This document shows, piece after piece, positions 50,159 to 62,320 of a stretch of 63,854 bases of DNA. The notes beneath the pieces were generated by a model. That model did not search any database. It worked only from the letters and a program-made list of their open reading frames with translations, and was not told the origin of the DNA. The stretch is from Sminthopsis crassicaudata (taxonomy: Eukaryota). The translations under genes and the position numbers were made by a program. Where the stretch lies: the NCBI RefSeq assembly GCF_048593235.1, contig NC_133622.1, forward strand, positions 242,761,198-242,825,051, written 5' to 3'. The stretch's first letter is position 1. Every line of letters begins with the position of its first letter.

Positions 50159-51088
50159 TTAGGAAGCTGGCATCTTGAAGAGTTTCTTCAGGGCTTCTTT
50201 CACATCTTTGTTCCTCAGACTGTAGATCATGGGGTTCAACATAGGGAAGACCACAGTATAAAATGAGGAGACAATTTTATCACGTTGTAGAGAATAACTG
50301 GAACTTGGGCGAGAATAAATATAAAGAATAGAGCCATAATACAAAGTAACAGAGATCAAATGGGAGGAGCAAGTAGAGAAGGCTTTGAGGCGGCCCTGGG
50401 TTGAGCGAATCCTCAAAATGGCACAAATAATGAAGATGTATGAGGCCAAGATGAAGACAGTGGGAGTTATTACATTAGAAGTCAAGAGAAAATAGAGCAA
50501 AATTTGGTAACTGGCCTTCACATCACATGCCAGCTTCACCAAAGGTGGTAGGTCACAGAAGAAGTCATCAATGACATTATCCCCACAGAAAGACATAGTG
50601 AATGTTTCGTGGGTAATGATTGCACAGTTAGTGAAAGCTCCAACATATGAAGCTGCAACAAGACCCACACAGACCCTTGTAGACATGGTCTGAGCATAAA
50701 GTAGTGGTTTGGAAATGGCCATATAGCGGTCATATGCCATGGCAGCCAACAGGTAGCATTCACTATATGCCAGGCCACCTGAGAAGAGGAACTGAGCCAC
50801 ACACCCAGCAAAGGAGATGCTCTTGTCCTCAGAAATGCAGGTCATTATAATTTTAGGGGTATAAACAGTAGAATACCAGAGATCTAAAAAAGACAGGTTC
50901 CCAATGAAGAAATACATAGGGCTGTGTAGCCTGGAATCTGCACAAATTAAGACTATCAAAGTGATGTTCCCCACTACTGTTAGAGAATACACCATGAGAA
51001 AAAACACAAAGAGCACCAGTTGCATGACAGGATCCTGGGTGAAACCCACCAGGATGAACTCAGTCACAGTGTGATTAAATTTTTCCAT
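50159..51088 (-). CDS. OR9G1-like: Olfactory receptor, OR9G1-like (G4), intact, 309 aa
   Basis: Complete 7TM ORF with MAYDRY, KAFSTC and [13 protein letters not shown]. Predicted acceptor ttttctcaag| at 51158. Confidence 0.95.
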   Translation of the reverse strand: MEKFNHTVTEFILVGFTQDPVMQLVLFVFFLMVYSLTVVGNITLIVLICADSRLHSPMYFFIGNLSFLDLWYSTVYTPKIIMTCISEDKSISFAGCVAQFLFSGGLAYSECYLLAAMAYDRYMAISKPLLYAQTMSTRVCVGLVAASYVGAFTNCAIITHETFTMSFCGDNVIDDFFCDLPPLVKLACDVKASYQILLYFLLTSNVITPTVFILASYIFIICAILRIRSTQGRLKAFSTCSSHLISVTLYYGSILYIYSRPSSSYSLQRDKIVSSFYTVVFPMLNPMIYSLRNKDVKEALKKLFKMPAS

Positions 51089-51265
51089 GGCTTCAACTCA
51101 TCTTCTTTATACTTGATGTGAAGATCATATATTTCAGTCGTTTAATGATTTGAATCACTTGAGAAAATGAATGAAAATCTGGATCAGTCACTTGATAACT
51201 GAACATTACAGTGAATAAATAATTATTTTATTCATTCATTCAAGAATTTACATGCATACACAATA

Positions 51266-51305
<40 letters not shown>

Positions 51306-52837
51306 TATAACACACATAGATGTATAAAGATATATATGGTATGAATATAATAATATGTATGTCATATGCCAATATATATAATAAATTGGAGGTAATCAAC
51401 AAAGAGGAAAGAAAGCTTTGAGGCAACAATACTTATTTAGAGACTATTGGGAGAACAAATTTTGGTGAAACAATAAGATATTGAATGCATATGGATGCCA
51501 AATCAGTGGAGAGAATGTCATAGATTTACATTAATAATATTAATTATAACAATATCAATTATATAAAGTGATGTACATGTGTTATTCCATTTTATCGTCA
51601 CAATAAAAATGTGAGGATTCTTATCCACATTGCACAGATAGGAAAATCGAGTCTAAGTGGTATCAAGTCATTTGCCCATGGTCATACAGCTAATAAGTAT
51701 CTGAGGAAGGTTTTGAAATCAGTTCTTTCTGACTTCAAATCTAGCTTTCTATCCATGCCATCAATAAGATTTAATACATAGTCCAGATATAGAATAGTCA
51801 ATATTTGGCAACTGATTAGATGTACGTGTTGAAGGAGAAAGAAATATATAGAATGAGTGTGAGATTGCCAGTTGGATGTTTAGAAAATGGCCTTCCCTTC
51901 AATGGAAAGCTCATAGAGTAGGATTGGAGTTGAGCCTGGCCTCTATGTACGGGTATCATTATCTCTGATAAATCCCACTAAGTTAGAAATGCTTCTAGTG
52001 TGCGCCCCATAAATGGATTCATGCTTGACATGAAATCTACTGGTTTTAAAGCCCGGCTAATGTGTTTCTCTCTTACTCTCCTTGATGTACTCTGGGATCC
52101 AGACATTAGCTTCCATACTGTTCCACAATACAACATTATGCTTTTTCTTCCATATATTTCCATTGGTTGTTTTTCTTACCTGAAATATTCTGCTTCCTCA
52201 TTTCTATTTTCTGGCTTCTCTAGCTTCCTTCAGGTCATAATGAAAATCCTGTCCTCTACGAAATGCCTTTTCCTAGTCCCTTGAATGCTAGGGTCTTCTT
52301 TTATGATTTTTTTTTACCATTTATCCTACCTATAATGTTTTTACATAACTGTTTATCCCTGTTAGATTGTGAGGGCTTTGAGAGCCAAGATTATTTTTTG
52401 CCTTTCTTGGTATTCCTAGTGCCTGACATGTACTAGGCTCTTAATAGATGCTTTTTAGGCTTTAGTTCACTTGATTTGTCATTCAAAAACCAGGTCAACT
52501 AGTTTCATAGAGGCTCCTTGTAAGTTTGGCTAAAAATGAGGATTTTTCACTTTTTTTAGCCACAGCAGTTCTAAAATAATGTAGGATTTTACACCATCAT
52601 TTATGAAAATAGGACCTACACTAATGAAAGCATAGACCCTTTAAGAACAAAAGCAGCAAATAGTCATTCATAGAATACCCATTATCCTTTTCCTGTCAAG
52701 TTCATTACCAAGTTTTTCTTTCAAAATTTCTATTCTTGAGTACTTACATGTCATTGTAAAGACGGTCAATCAAAAAATTAAAAAGTGAGCTGTTCAAATA
52801 TTTAAAGTTAGAAAGGTTTTTAGAAATTAACTAGTCC

Positions 52838-53071
52838 TACTTACACCTTCGGAATCTAATACTTAACGTGCAACAAGAAAATGGGATTTACACATATATA
52901 TTGTATCTAGGTTATATTGTGACACATGTAAAATGTACAGGATTGCCTGTCATCTAAGGGAGTAAGTAGAGGGAGGGAGGGGAAAATTTGGAAAAATGAA
53001 TACAAGGGATAATGTTATAAACAAATTACTCATGCATATATACTGTCAAAAATTTTTATAATAATAAAAAA
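52838..53071 (+). mobile_element. Short 5'-truncated L1 (3'UTR only) with 16-bp TSD
   Basis: Marsupial L1 3'UTR (gattgcctgtcatcta...gagggagggaggggaaaatttgg) with A-rich end. TSD AGAAATTAACTAGTCC at 52822-52837 and 53072-53087, preceded by TTTTT. Confidence 0.88.
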
Positions 53072-54939
53072 AGAAATTAACTAGTCCAGCCCTTTTATTT
53101 TAGAGAACAGAACACTTTGATCCAGATATATGAAGTGACCTACCAAAGGTCTTTTACTTCTAAACTGAGTTCTTCTTCCACTGAGCCACATTGCTTCATA
53201 TTTATTAAATATTAGATCTGATGATTTATTTTAATTCACTTGAATGTTCGGTATGTGTCAATATAATACATAGGTGCATTTAGAATTGCTTTTCTTATAT
53301 CAAAAGAATAAGTTCTATCTGAAATGTCATTTCTAACTAACAAAAGAAATGAATTAATGAAAGGATGCTTCTTTTGAAATCTACAATTTAAGGTTTTTGT
53401 TCATTTTTGTCTCCTTCACTAAAGGTGAATCAAAGAAGTCTTACCAAATCAAAGAAGTCTTAGCCTATTGTCATCATTATGACCATTATCTTTGTCATCA
53501 TTATCATTATCATCATTATAAATTACAATGATGTGTTACCATGGAACAGTGCACTAGAGGTGTGTTTGCAAACCTAAGTTCAACCCCATAACTGTTGCAT
53601 TTAGCATTTGGAAAAATTGCTTGATTACTTAATTTTATAGCTAGAACAATTTTCTGACACTTTTAATTATATGACAGGTAGAATGGAATTTCGGTTGTTA
53701 GAAGTAACTCCCCTCTTTGGTGAGATTCTATGCATATTTTAAATACTAATAGCTCTCAAATAAGCTGTGATTTATAATAAACATAAAAGTATATAATTTA
53801 ATTTGACCTATTTTATTAACTTCATTTATCAAATAATGAAATTGAGACTCATAGAGATGCCATGACTGGCCCTGATGCCATGACTACCTGAAAAATAACA
53901 GAGCCAGGAATACATATATTGTACATGAAAAAGTGGAATTAAAGAAGCTGAATTGAAATTTAGCCTCTTATAAGTGCTAATTTGGACATCTTAGATAAGT
54001 CAAATACATATAGACATATATAGGTACATATATATGCATGTGTATATGAATGTATATACGTATGTACAGTACTGAATCCAAATAATCTCTATCTTCTTGA
54101 GGAATTTCTTTTTTTAATACCTATCTCAAAACCTACTTTCCACGTGGATTTTTCCTTGATTTTTTTTGGTTGATAGACATTCCCTATCAGACAACATTTA
54201 TGTTTTATTTTGTAATATGTCACAGTTTTGTTTATTTTCTTTTATAAATATATGTTAGAGCAGCTAGGTAAAACAAGATCAGAGTGCCAGATTTGCAAAA
54301 CAGGACTCACCCACTCACAATTAAAAATATATTAATTTATATAGTTCAAGGCAGATGATAAAGAGAAATCATGGGCTAAACCATCAAATCATTGTATTTG
54401 TTCTCCTCTTTCTCAAAATGCAGTATTATAATTACAAAAAGTAGTGAATGTGATCAAATCTGTCAATTAAATCTTGTTCATAAAAAAACTTGGAAAATCC
54501 CCCCTTTAGTTTCTGAGGAGTTAGAAGGAAGAAAATAGCTGGGAGTATTAAAATGTCACCAATTGGACATAAAACAATTAACTCATTTGCTAACAATTCT
54601 GGCTTTTTCATGATTAAAAATCTAGTTCCTTATTTTCCATTTTTCTCTTATTTCTAAAGTGGTGAATTCATGTAAAGATCTAAGTTATATATACTTTATT
54701 AGGCATATTCTCAGACTTGTTAAGGCTGCTTAGGTAACATAATGAAATGTGTGAAGTCTGGGATTTCTCATCTTATTATAAATAATTTCTGCTTAATAGT
54801 GATAATAATGAAATAATAAATGTTCCTAAGAGCTGGACAAATCACTTGCCATCCCCTAAGCAGGCACAAACCTTATTGTACTTTCTTCAGGTCCAAACAG
54901 ATCAAGACAAAATTTGAATTCTTACAACAAGCAACTCAC

Positions 54940-54979
54940 ATTGATCCACTTTATGGGTAAGCCACGGCCGCCAGGTCTG
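54940..54979 (-). other. Predicted internal 5'UTR micro-exon of G4 (37 or 40 nt, NAGNAG acceptor)
   Basis: Minus strand reads attttcttgctctttgCAG|CAG|acctgg...ggatcaat|GTGAGT. The paralogous sites at 12460-12481 are also intact. Confidence 0.45.
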
Positions 54980-56184
54980 CTGCAAAGAGCAAGAAAATGG
55001 GAGGTAAAACAACTAAGTTATAGTTATGGTTTTATATTAAATGTCTACATAACTTTGGATAAATTTCTTCACTTTTCTGAACCTCCATATCTTTATATGT
55101 AAAATGACAAGATTGAATTAGATGATCAGTGAAATACAATTGAAATACGACATTCTATATTTATGTTCTTTATCCCTTTTAAATCAAATCCCTACATTCT
55201 CCATCCTAAAGACTCTATCATTCCTCAGTTTTGTGTGCCAGGATCCTTTTACCTCTAAGATTTTTAAATGTAACTTTGAAGTTCTAACATTATAAATTTT
55301 AGCTTCTGAAAATCCTTCTGGCTCGTTCATTCCTTGTCTTAACATTTATTTATTTTTCAAACATTCTATATATCATATCGTTGCTGACAAGCTTGGTCAT
55401 AGTATATATAACAAAAATGTTAATCATCTCACTACATTTAAATATCCATTTTTGTTCTTAGGACTCATTAAAATGTGTAGGGCTGCTTGACTTAAATGTC
55501 TAAAGAAAACAACCACACTTTTATTCTTATTTTAGCTTTTTTTTTTCCATTTCTCCTCACTCTCAACTGTTATTTCTCAGTACTCTTAGAGGGAAGTCAA
55601 TTATCCTTTTCCCTTTTATTAACTGGTGCTACCTGATTTCTCTGTTTAGGCCATGTGCAGGGAAACAGAAGGAATTGTATTTCAAATAGATAAAATTATC
55701 TCTGCGTTAGAGGATTTAATTCATCAGTTTTAAGCTAGATCAAGATATCACAGGATCCTTTCCACCTCTTTCTTATTTCATAAAAAAGCTCCAGAGGGTA
55801 ATTGTCCCAAAAAGTCAAATTGCAAGGAATGTAAGATGTAGCTCTACTATTTATATTCAATGGAAGATTTCCTGCTTTGGCTTTCTTAAAACTGGCGCAT
55901 TGTATAATTCACTTAAACTCTCTGTCTCTATTTCAAAACTATATAATCAAATGAGATATTTTTCTAAAAGTTTTAAAATCTAAGACACCTATAGGCTTAA
56001 TTTTTTAAAATAACAGAAATTACTCTAATGGTGGAACTTTAAGCATAGTAGCAGGCAGGTACATGAGATACTTAAGCTCACAGACACCATATTTGGACTC
56101 TCACAAAGCATCAATCAGGTAGTTAGTGCTTCCTTCAATCAAATCATAAGCCATCATGAGAAAACATTGAATCACACAACTTAC

Positions 56185-56370
56185 CACCACTTCCAGAAGC
56201 ACTATCACCCTAATGAAGCCCAAGTCTGCTAATCTTGGAACATTTTCTATCTTCTCTGAATTCCTCTGGGAATACTTAGGTCTCATGCCTTAGGAAATCT
56301 CTCTGATAGCAATTAAATTTCACTGGGTCATGGACCACACCAGGGAATCATGGTCTCTAAAATTGGTCTC
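56185..56370 (-). promoter_or_regulatory. Predicted promoter and non-coding first exon of G4
   Basis: Donor TG|GTAAGT at 56184, EBF-like TCCTCTGGGA at 56262-56271, CAATTA at 56310-56315, AGGGAATCA at 56342-56350. Confidence 0.55.
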
Positions 56371-56454
56371 TCCATCACTTCCCTTCTCTTATTAAAATTT
56401 AGAGAGTTTAGAATAAAAACAATCAACTTCTTTTGCTTTATAGTCTAATCGATT

Positions 56455-56697
56455 TTATAATTTTGAGGTATAGACAGTAGAATAATAGAGCTCTAAAAAA
56501 GACAAGTTCCCATTGAAGAAATACATAGGGCTGTGTGGCCTGGAGTCTGCACAAATTAAGACTATCAGAGTGATGTTCTCCACTACTGTTAGAGAATACA
56601 ACATGAAAAAAAACACAAAGAGCACCAGCTGCATGACAGGATCCTGGGTGAAACCCACCAGGATGAACTCAGTCACAGTGTGATTAAATTTTTCCAT
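56455..56697 (-). pseudogene. OR9G1-like 5' fragment (about 78 codons), duplicate of the G4 5' end
   Basis: MEKFNHTVTEF...PHSPMYFFNGNLSFLELYYSTVYT, then a 1-nt deletion and loss of homology near 56456. The upstream flank matches the G4 flank up to the gap at 57271. Confidence 0.9.
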
Positions 56698-56872
56698 GGC
56701 TTCAATTCATCTTTTCTATACTTGATGTGAAGATCACATATTTCAGTCATTAATGACTTGAATCACTTGGGAAAATGAATGAAAATCAGGATCAGTCACT
56801 TGATAACTGAACATCACAGTGAATAAGTAATTAACTGTTTTATTCATTCACTTAAGAATTTACATGAATACA

Positions 56873-57201
56873 TGTTAGGTTCTTACTAAGTACTAATGAG
56901 ATAATGGGATATTAGGTTCTTACTAAGTGCTAAGTCGGTACTTAACAATTCTCTAGTTCTGGCCTTTACTGGGAGTTTTACTTGTGAACTCCTGGGGAGG
57001 AGCAAGTTCAGTGGTTGAAGTAATTTTTCCCAGAAGCCCTTGCATTATCCCACGCCCATTCTCTGGGAGGATAAAAGAGGGTGGCACTCCAGAGATAGAG
57101 AGTCTTGTCTGGACCAGACTTAAGGTGGCTCTCTGGAGGAAGAAGTCTTTCCTCTAGACCAGAGGACAATTGGCAGTTTCTGGAGATGACAGCACGTTAC
57201 A
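56873..57201 (+). mobile_element. Solo LTR (329 bp)
   Basis: TGTTA...TTACA termini, near-perfect 6-bp TSD (AATACA/TATACA), internal duplicated ttaggttcttactaagt. Empty site near 51255 in the G4 flank. Orientation inferred from a ggataaaa TATA-like motif. Confidence 0.75.
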
Positions 57202-57270
57202 TATACACAATATCTGTGTATACATACACAGATATAACACAGAGAAGTATACAGATATATATGGTATGAA

Positions 57271-57401
57271 NNNNNNNNNNNNNNNNNNNNNNNNNNNNNN
57301 NNNNNNNNNNNNNNNNNNNNNNNNNNNNNNNNNNNNNNNNNNNNNNNNNNNNNNNNNNNNNNNNNNNNNNNNNNNNNNNNNNNNNNNNNNNNNNNNNNNN
57401 N
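57271..57401. other. Assembly gap
   Basis: Run of N. Confidence 1.
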
Positions 57402-59147
57402 TTCAAACAAAGATTGGTCTTCAAGAGCATATATAATGATCACTTTTCGATTATATTATAGTGGTAATTAAATCTTGGTTTGATCTTGCTACTGAGGATC
57501 CTTTAAACCCTAAAGTTATGTGATTCTGTGATGATTAGACTGAAGTAAATGCATGCATGCTTGCATGCATGAATGAATGAGCAAGTGAATAATCCAGTAA
57601 AGTGCCTTAAATTATTTACAGCATTTTTTCAGTTAATATTTTATTAGGCTCCAAATCTGTTTAAGACTTTTCCATCAGTGTCCAATTTAAATGACTTCAT
57701 GAAAATACAGAAGAAACCAGCTATCAAAATAATAACTTTCTAATGAAATATACCTTAGCGTGAATTATATAAAGAAGAAAGTTATATAGCTCTTATACAT
57801 TTCTGAAAATATACATGATAAGAAGTGAGTTACAGGTTTATTGGATTTCCATTTCTTTTTGAAGAAATTTTCCATGTGATCAATTATTCTTTTTGAGAGG
57901 CACAAAAATTAATTGACAAAAAAATCTTTAAAAAGTAGAATTGGCCAAATGGAAAAGGAGTTACAAGATTTCAGTGAAGAAAATAATTCCTTAAAGATCA
58001 TAATTAAGTAAATAGAAGCTAAATGACTATGAGAAATCAAGAGATAGTAAAACAAAAATGAAAGAATGGAAAAATAGATGACAAAATAAAATATTTCATT
58101 GGAAATAATAAGTGACTTGAAAAATACATCCAAGTGATTCATTCAACTTTTCTCACCTCAATTTCCCCAAAATGTTGCTATTTATACAACCACATAGGCT
58201 ATAAATTAATAATTTGATAGTTAATAGATATAAAACTCTTTAAGTTTTACAAAGGGATTTGCAAATATTATGTCATATTGATCTACACAATGACCTGGAA
58301 AATAGATGCTTTTTTTCCTTTATTTTGCAAAAATGAACCTGAGACAAATATTAAATAAATTTTCCATGGTCATATAACTGGTAACTAGTGTCTTATTTGA
58401 GCTCAGTTCTTTTTGACTCTTGGTCTAGTGCTCTGTCCATTTTATCCCTTAGCTGTATGGTCTCAAATCTTATCAAAACTATTATGATTACAGATACATC
58501 TTCAGTAGCTTTTAGAAGTCAACCAAAATTTATTAATCAACTACTACATTTCAGTCATTTATTAATTGTTCTAAATATAAATAAAGGTACAAGATAGTCT
58601 TTGATCTCAAGGATCTCAGAGATTTATCAGGAAGACTTTAAACACACAAACAATATATAGGATAAATTGAAGACAATTAGTGGAAGGAAGGCACTAGATT
58701 TGAGGGAAACTGGAAAAGGCTTCCAATAGAAAATAAGATGTTTCTTATCATAACTCATAGACCTTTCTAGACATTTCAGTGCTCATTAGGTTAATATTAA
58801 AGGGGGAAAAATAAAGAAAGCAAAAATAGTCATTGATCTTAATAAAGAGCAGGCTATTTGTATCTCCACTTTACATGGGATTTGGTGATCCTCTATATGG
58901 GGAAGGTTAGGTCTGGACATGATCAAGTTTGAGAGTGGTCTATACATACTTGAAGACAGTGGAGGGATGGAATAATTTATAATCTCAGTTCTATTCCAGA
59001 GCAAACTAAAAGAGGCAAAGACAAATACTTTCATTATTTCTATTTAGTAGAAATGATTTTCCTGAGTTTGAATATTGTATATGACTGTTACATCAAATAT
59101 ATGCATGATCTAATAGAAAATACAAAAGACAAAGAGTATTTTACTCT

Positions 59148-59490
59148 TCAGAAAGCTGTTATCTTGAACAGTTTCTTCAGGGTTTCTTTCACATCTTAGT
59201 TCCTCTGACTGTAGAAGATGGGGTTCAACATGGGAAAAGCCATAGTATAAAACAGACAATTTTTTCCTAAGGAGTAGCTAGAAATGGAACAAGAATAAAT
59301 ACATAGAACAGAGACATGGTACAAAAATGACAGAGATCAAGTAAGAGGAACAAATGGAAAAGGCTTTGAGTTGATCCTGGGTGGAGCAAATCCATAAAAT
59401 GGCAGCAATGATGAAGAGGTAGGAGGTCAGAATGAAAACAATGGGCACGAGGACCCTGGAAACCAAAAGGAAATAGAGCACAATGTGTTA
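59148..59490 (-). pseudogene. OR9G1-like 3' fragment (TM5 to stop), decayed duplicate of G2
   Basis: Shares aggaggtcagaatgaaaacaatggg and ggaaatagagcacaat with G2. Has indels near TM6-TM7. Its 3' flank (57417-59147) is paralogous to the G2 3' flank. Confidence 0.88.
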
Positions 59491-59578
59491 CATTTCTATT
59501 TCCTATAGAACAATAATATTACATAACATACATGTATCATAACATTCAGCCATTCTCCAACTGATGGACATCCCTCAA
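59491..59578 (-). mobile_element. Short L1 ORF2-end fragment abutting the truncated OR
   Basis: caataatattacataaca...cagccattctccaactgatggacatccc. Confidence 0.6.
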
Positions 59579-59763
59579 GGATTCAGGCACAAGGTAACAT
59601 CTGGTTTCATCACTTGCATCACTTGTAGAACCTTTGAGTTCCTTGAAAGCCTTTCTCTTTCTTCAAAGAAGAACATCATTGATATTGATAATAATTTTGT
59701 TTCTAAGAACACCCACTGATCATCACAATTTGGAAATATGAAAGGAAATAGATTGAGAGAGAG

Positions 59764-59950
59764 CGGGGCAGGATAGAATACTGAATCTAGAATCAAAAAG
59801 ATCCAATTCAAATTAAGTTTAAGACTCTTAATAGTTGTATGACATTGAGCAAACCATTTAACCCTATTTGCCTCAGTTTCCCATCTGCAAAATGGGGATG
59901 CAGTGAAGAAAATGGCAAACTGTTCCAGTATGTTTGCAAGAAAATCTCAT
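59764..59950 (+). mobile_element. MAR1/MIR-type SINE
   Basis: CORE ttaaccctatttgcctcagtttcccatctgcaaaatgggg, tail aaatggcaaactgttccagtatgtttgcaag. Confidence 0.6.
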
Positions 59951-59954
59951 GAAT

Positions 59955-60695
59955 GAAAAGAGTAAAAGACACACATATGCAAAAATGTTTGTAGCAGCTC
60001 TTTTTGTGGTGGCAAGGAGTTGGAAATTAAGTAGATGCCCATCATTTGGGGAANNNNNNNNNNNNNNNNNNNNNNNNNNNNNNNNNNNNNNNNNNNNNNN
60101 NNNNNNNNNNNNNNNNNNNNNNNNNNNNNNNNNNNNNNNNNNNNNNNNNNNNNNNNNNNNNNNNNNNNNNNNNNNNNNNNNNNNNNNNNNNNNNNNNNNN
60201 NNNNNNNNNNNNNNNNNNNNNNAATGAGTAGGCTGATTTCAAAAAAAGCCTTGAAAGGCTTATATAAACTGATACTAAATACGATCAGTAAACTCAAGAG
60301 CACATTGCACATGGCAACAACAATATTATATGATGATCAGTTGTGATAAGCTTGGCTCTTTTTTTATTGAAATTGTGATGGAAAGAGCCATCAGCATCCA
60401 GAGAGAGAATTAGGGAGATTGAATGTGGGACACAGCATTGCATTTTTATCATTTTGTGTAACTATTTGGTTGTTTTTTTTTTCTTATCTCATGTTCTTTT
60501 TTTTCCATTTTGATATTCTTTTCCCTGTGCAGCATGATCAATAAGGAAATATGTTTAGAAAAATTGCATATGTTTAGCTTGTAGTGAATTGCTTGCCGTC
60601 TAGTAGAAAGGGGGAGAGTTTTGGAGCACAAGGTTTTGCAAAAATGAATGTTGAAGACTAGCTTTATATGTATTTGGAAAAATAAAAAGCTCTAA
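59955..60695 (+). mobile_element. L1 3' end (ORF2 C-terminus plus 3'UTR) spanning the gap at 60054-60222
   Basis: HTYAKMFVAALFVVARSWKLSRCPSFGE in the ORF track, followed by 3'UTR and an A-rich end. Confidence 0.85.
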
Positions 60696-61389
60696 AAGAA
60701 AGAAAACTCACGCATGAAATCAGATATGAATGAACAACTTAATAAAAAATGGCTAAGCGCAGTGCTATGTGATAGGAATATAAAAACAAGTTTGAAAATC
60801 AATCTGCCTTTAAATTCTAATCAGGAAAAGTATAGTAAAGTCATACTGGACACAAAGAAGGGACTATATCATCAGCAGGTATGGGAAGTAGACTATGGGA
60901 TTGCATGAACATTTGGGCTCTGTCAGTGGTAGAGGTCAATTTTCCACAAAAATTAAGAAGATCCTAGAGCTGGGCACAGGAGAAAAGACTATAGGAAATG
61001 GCAAACTCTTGTTTCTATGAAGATAAAAGCAAAAAAGCTTATTTCTAAGAGCTCAGAAGAATATCACTACCATATTGGTCAAATAAAATTTATATTAACA
61101 TGAAGATTTTTTTCAAAGAGACATTAAATAACTTGAGATTATAGAATGTAAGTATATAATTGTTTTTTTCCAAAGAAACTTTACACTTCTTACTGATGGT
61201 TGCTTAGGCTAAATTATCTTAACTCTGATAATTTTATTCCACAGTAAAACAAAGTATGGCAAGCCACTTGGTATAATAGAAAATATTCTCCAAAGCAATC
61301 ATAACTTCTCATGAAAACGATAGTGAATATTCATGTGATTATAATAGAAAAGGAAAATCAAGGCTTTGCTATTTGTGTATCTATTCAAT

Positions 61390-62320
61390 TCAGGAAGCTG
61401 TCATCTTTAAGAGTTTCTTCAAGGCTTCTTTCACATCTTTGTTCCTCAGACTATATATCATTGGATTCAACATAGGGAAAACTACAGTGTAAAATAAGGA
61501 GACAATTTTATCCTGCTCCTGGGAATAGCTGGATTTGGGACGATAATAAATGTAAAGAATGGAGCCAAAGTACAAAGTGACAGAGATCAAGTGAGAAGAA
61601 CAAGTGGAGAAGGCTTTGAGTTGACCCTGGGTAGAGCGAATCCTCAAGATGGCAACAATGATGAAAATGTAAGAGGCCAGGATTAATGTTATGGGTGTAA
61701 GAACATTAGAAGCGAGCACAAAATAAAGGAAAATGTGGTAATTGGCCTTCACATCACATGAGAGCTTCACCAAGGGTGGTAGGTCACAGAAGAAGTCATC
61801 AATGACATTATCCCCACAGAAAGGCATGGTGAATGTTTCATGGGGTAAAGATGCCAACGATAACAAAGGCTCCAAGATACGAAGCTGCTACAAGACCCAC
61901 ACAGACTCTTTGAGTCATGACTTGAGCATAGAGCAGTGGTTTGGAGATGGCCACATAGCGGTCATATGCCATGGCAACCAACAAGTAGCATTCAGTATAC
62001 GCCAGGCCACCTGAGAAGAGGAACTGAGCCACACACCCAGCAAAGGAGATGCTCTTGTCCTCAGAGATGCAGGTCATCATGATTTTGGGGGTGTAAACAG
62101 TAGAATACCAGAGATCCAGAAAAGACAAGTTGCCAATGAAGAAATACATGGGGGTATGAAGCCTGGAGTCTGTACAGATTAACACTATTAGAGTGATGTT
62201 CCCTACCACTGTTGCAGTGTACACTATGAAGAAAAGGACAAAGAGCACCGATTGTAGCACAGGATCCTGGGTGAAACCCACCAGGATGAACTCAGTCACA
62301 GTGTGATTAAATTTTTCCAT
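61390..62320 (-). pseudogene. Full-length OR9G1-like gene with a single +1 frameshift (G6)
   Basis: ORFs 61838-62320 (TM1-TM4) and 61390-61875 (ECL2 to C-terminus) join if one base is removed near the G4 homopolymer run at 61842-61845 (ACCCCAT versus ACCCAC in G4). Confidence 0.85.

Larger units (their letters stand above)
36047..59490. repeat. Segmental duplicate of the block at about 2298-16095
   Basis: Collinear paralogous pieces: 2298-6100 ~ 36047-40200, 9140-11560 ~ 43910-46600, 11480-12490 ~ 53990-54985, and 13140-16095 ~ 57417-59490. Confidence 0.85.

Noticed and set aside
54951-54975. GC/CpG-containing spot gccacggccgcc as a CpG-island promoter or plus-strand donor
   Set aside because: Far too short for an island. 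Better explained as part of the predicted minus-strand micro-exon.
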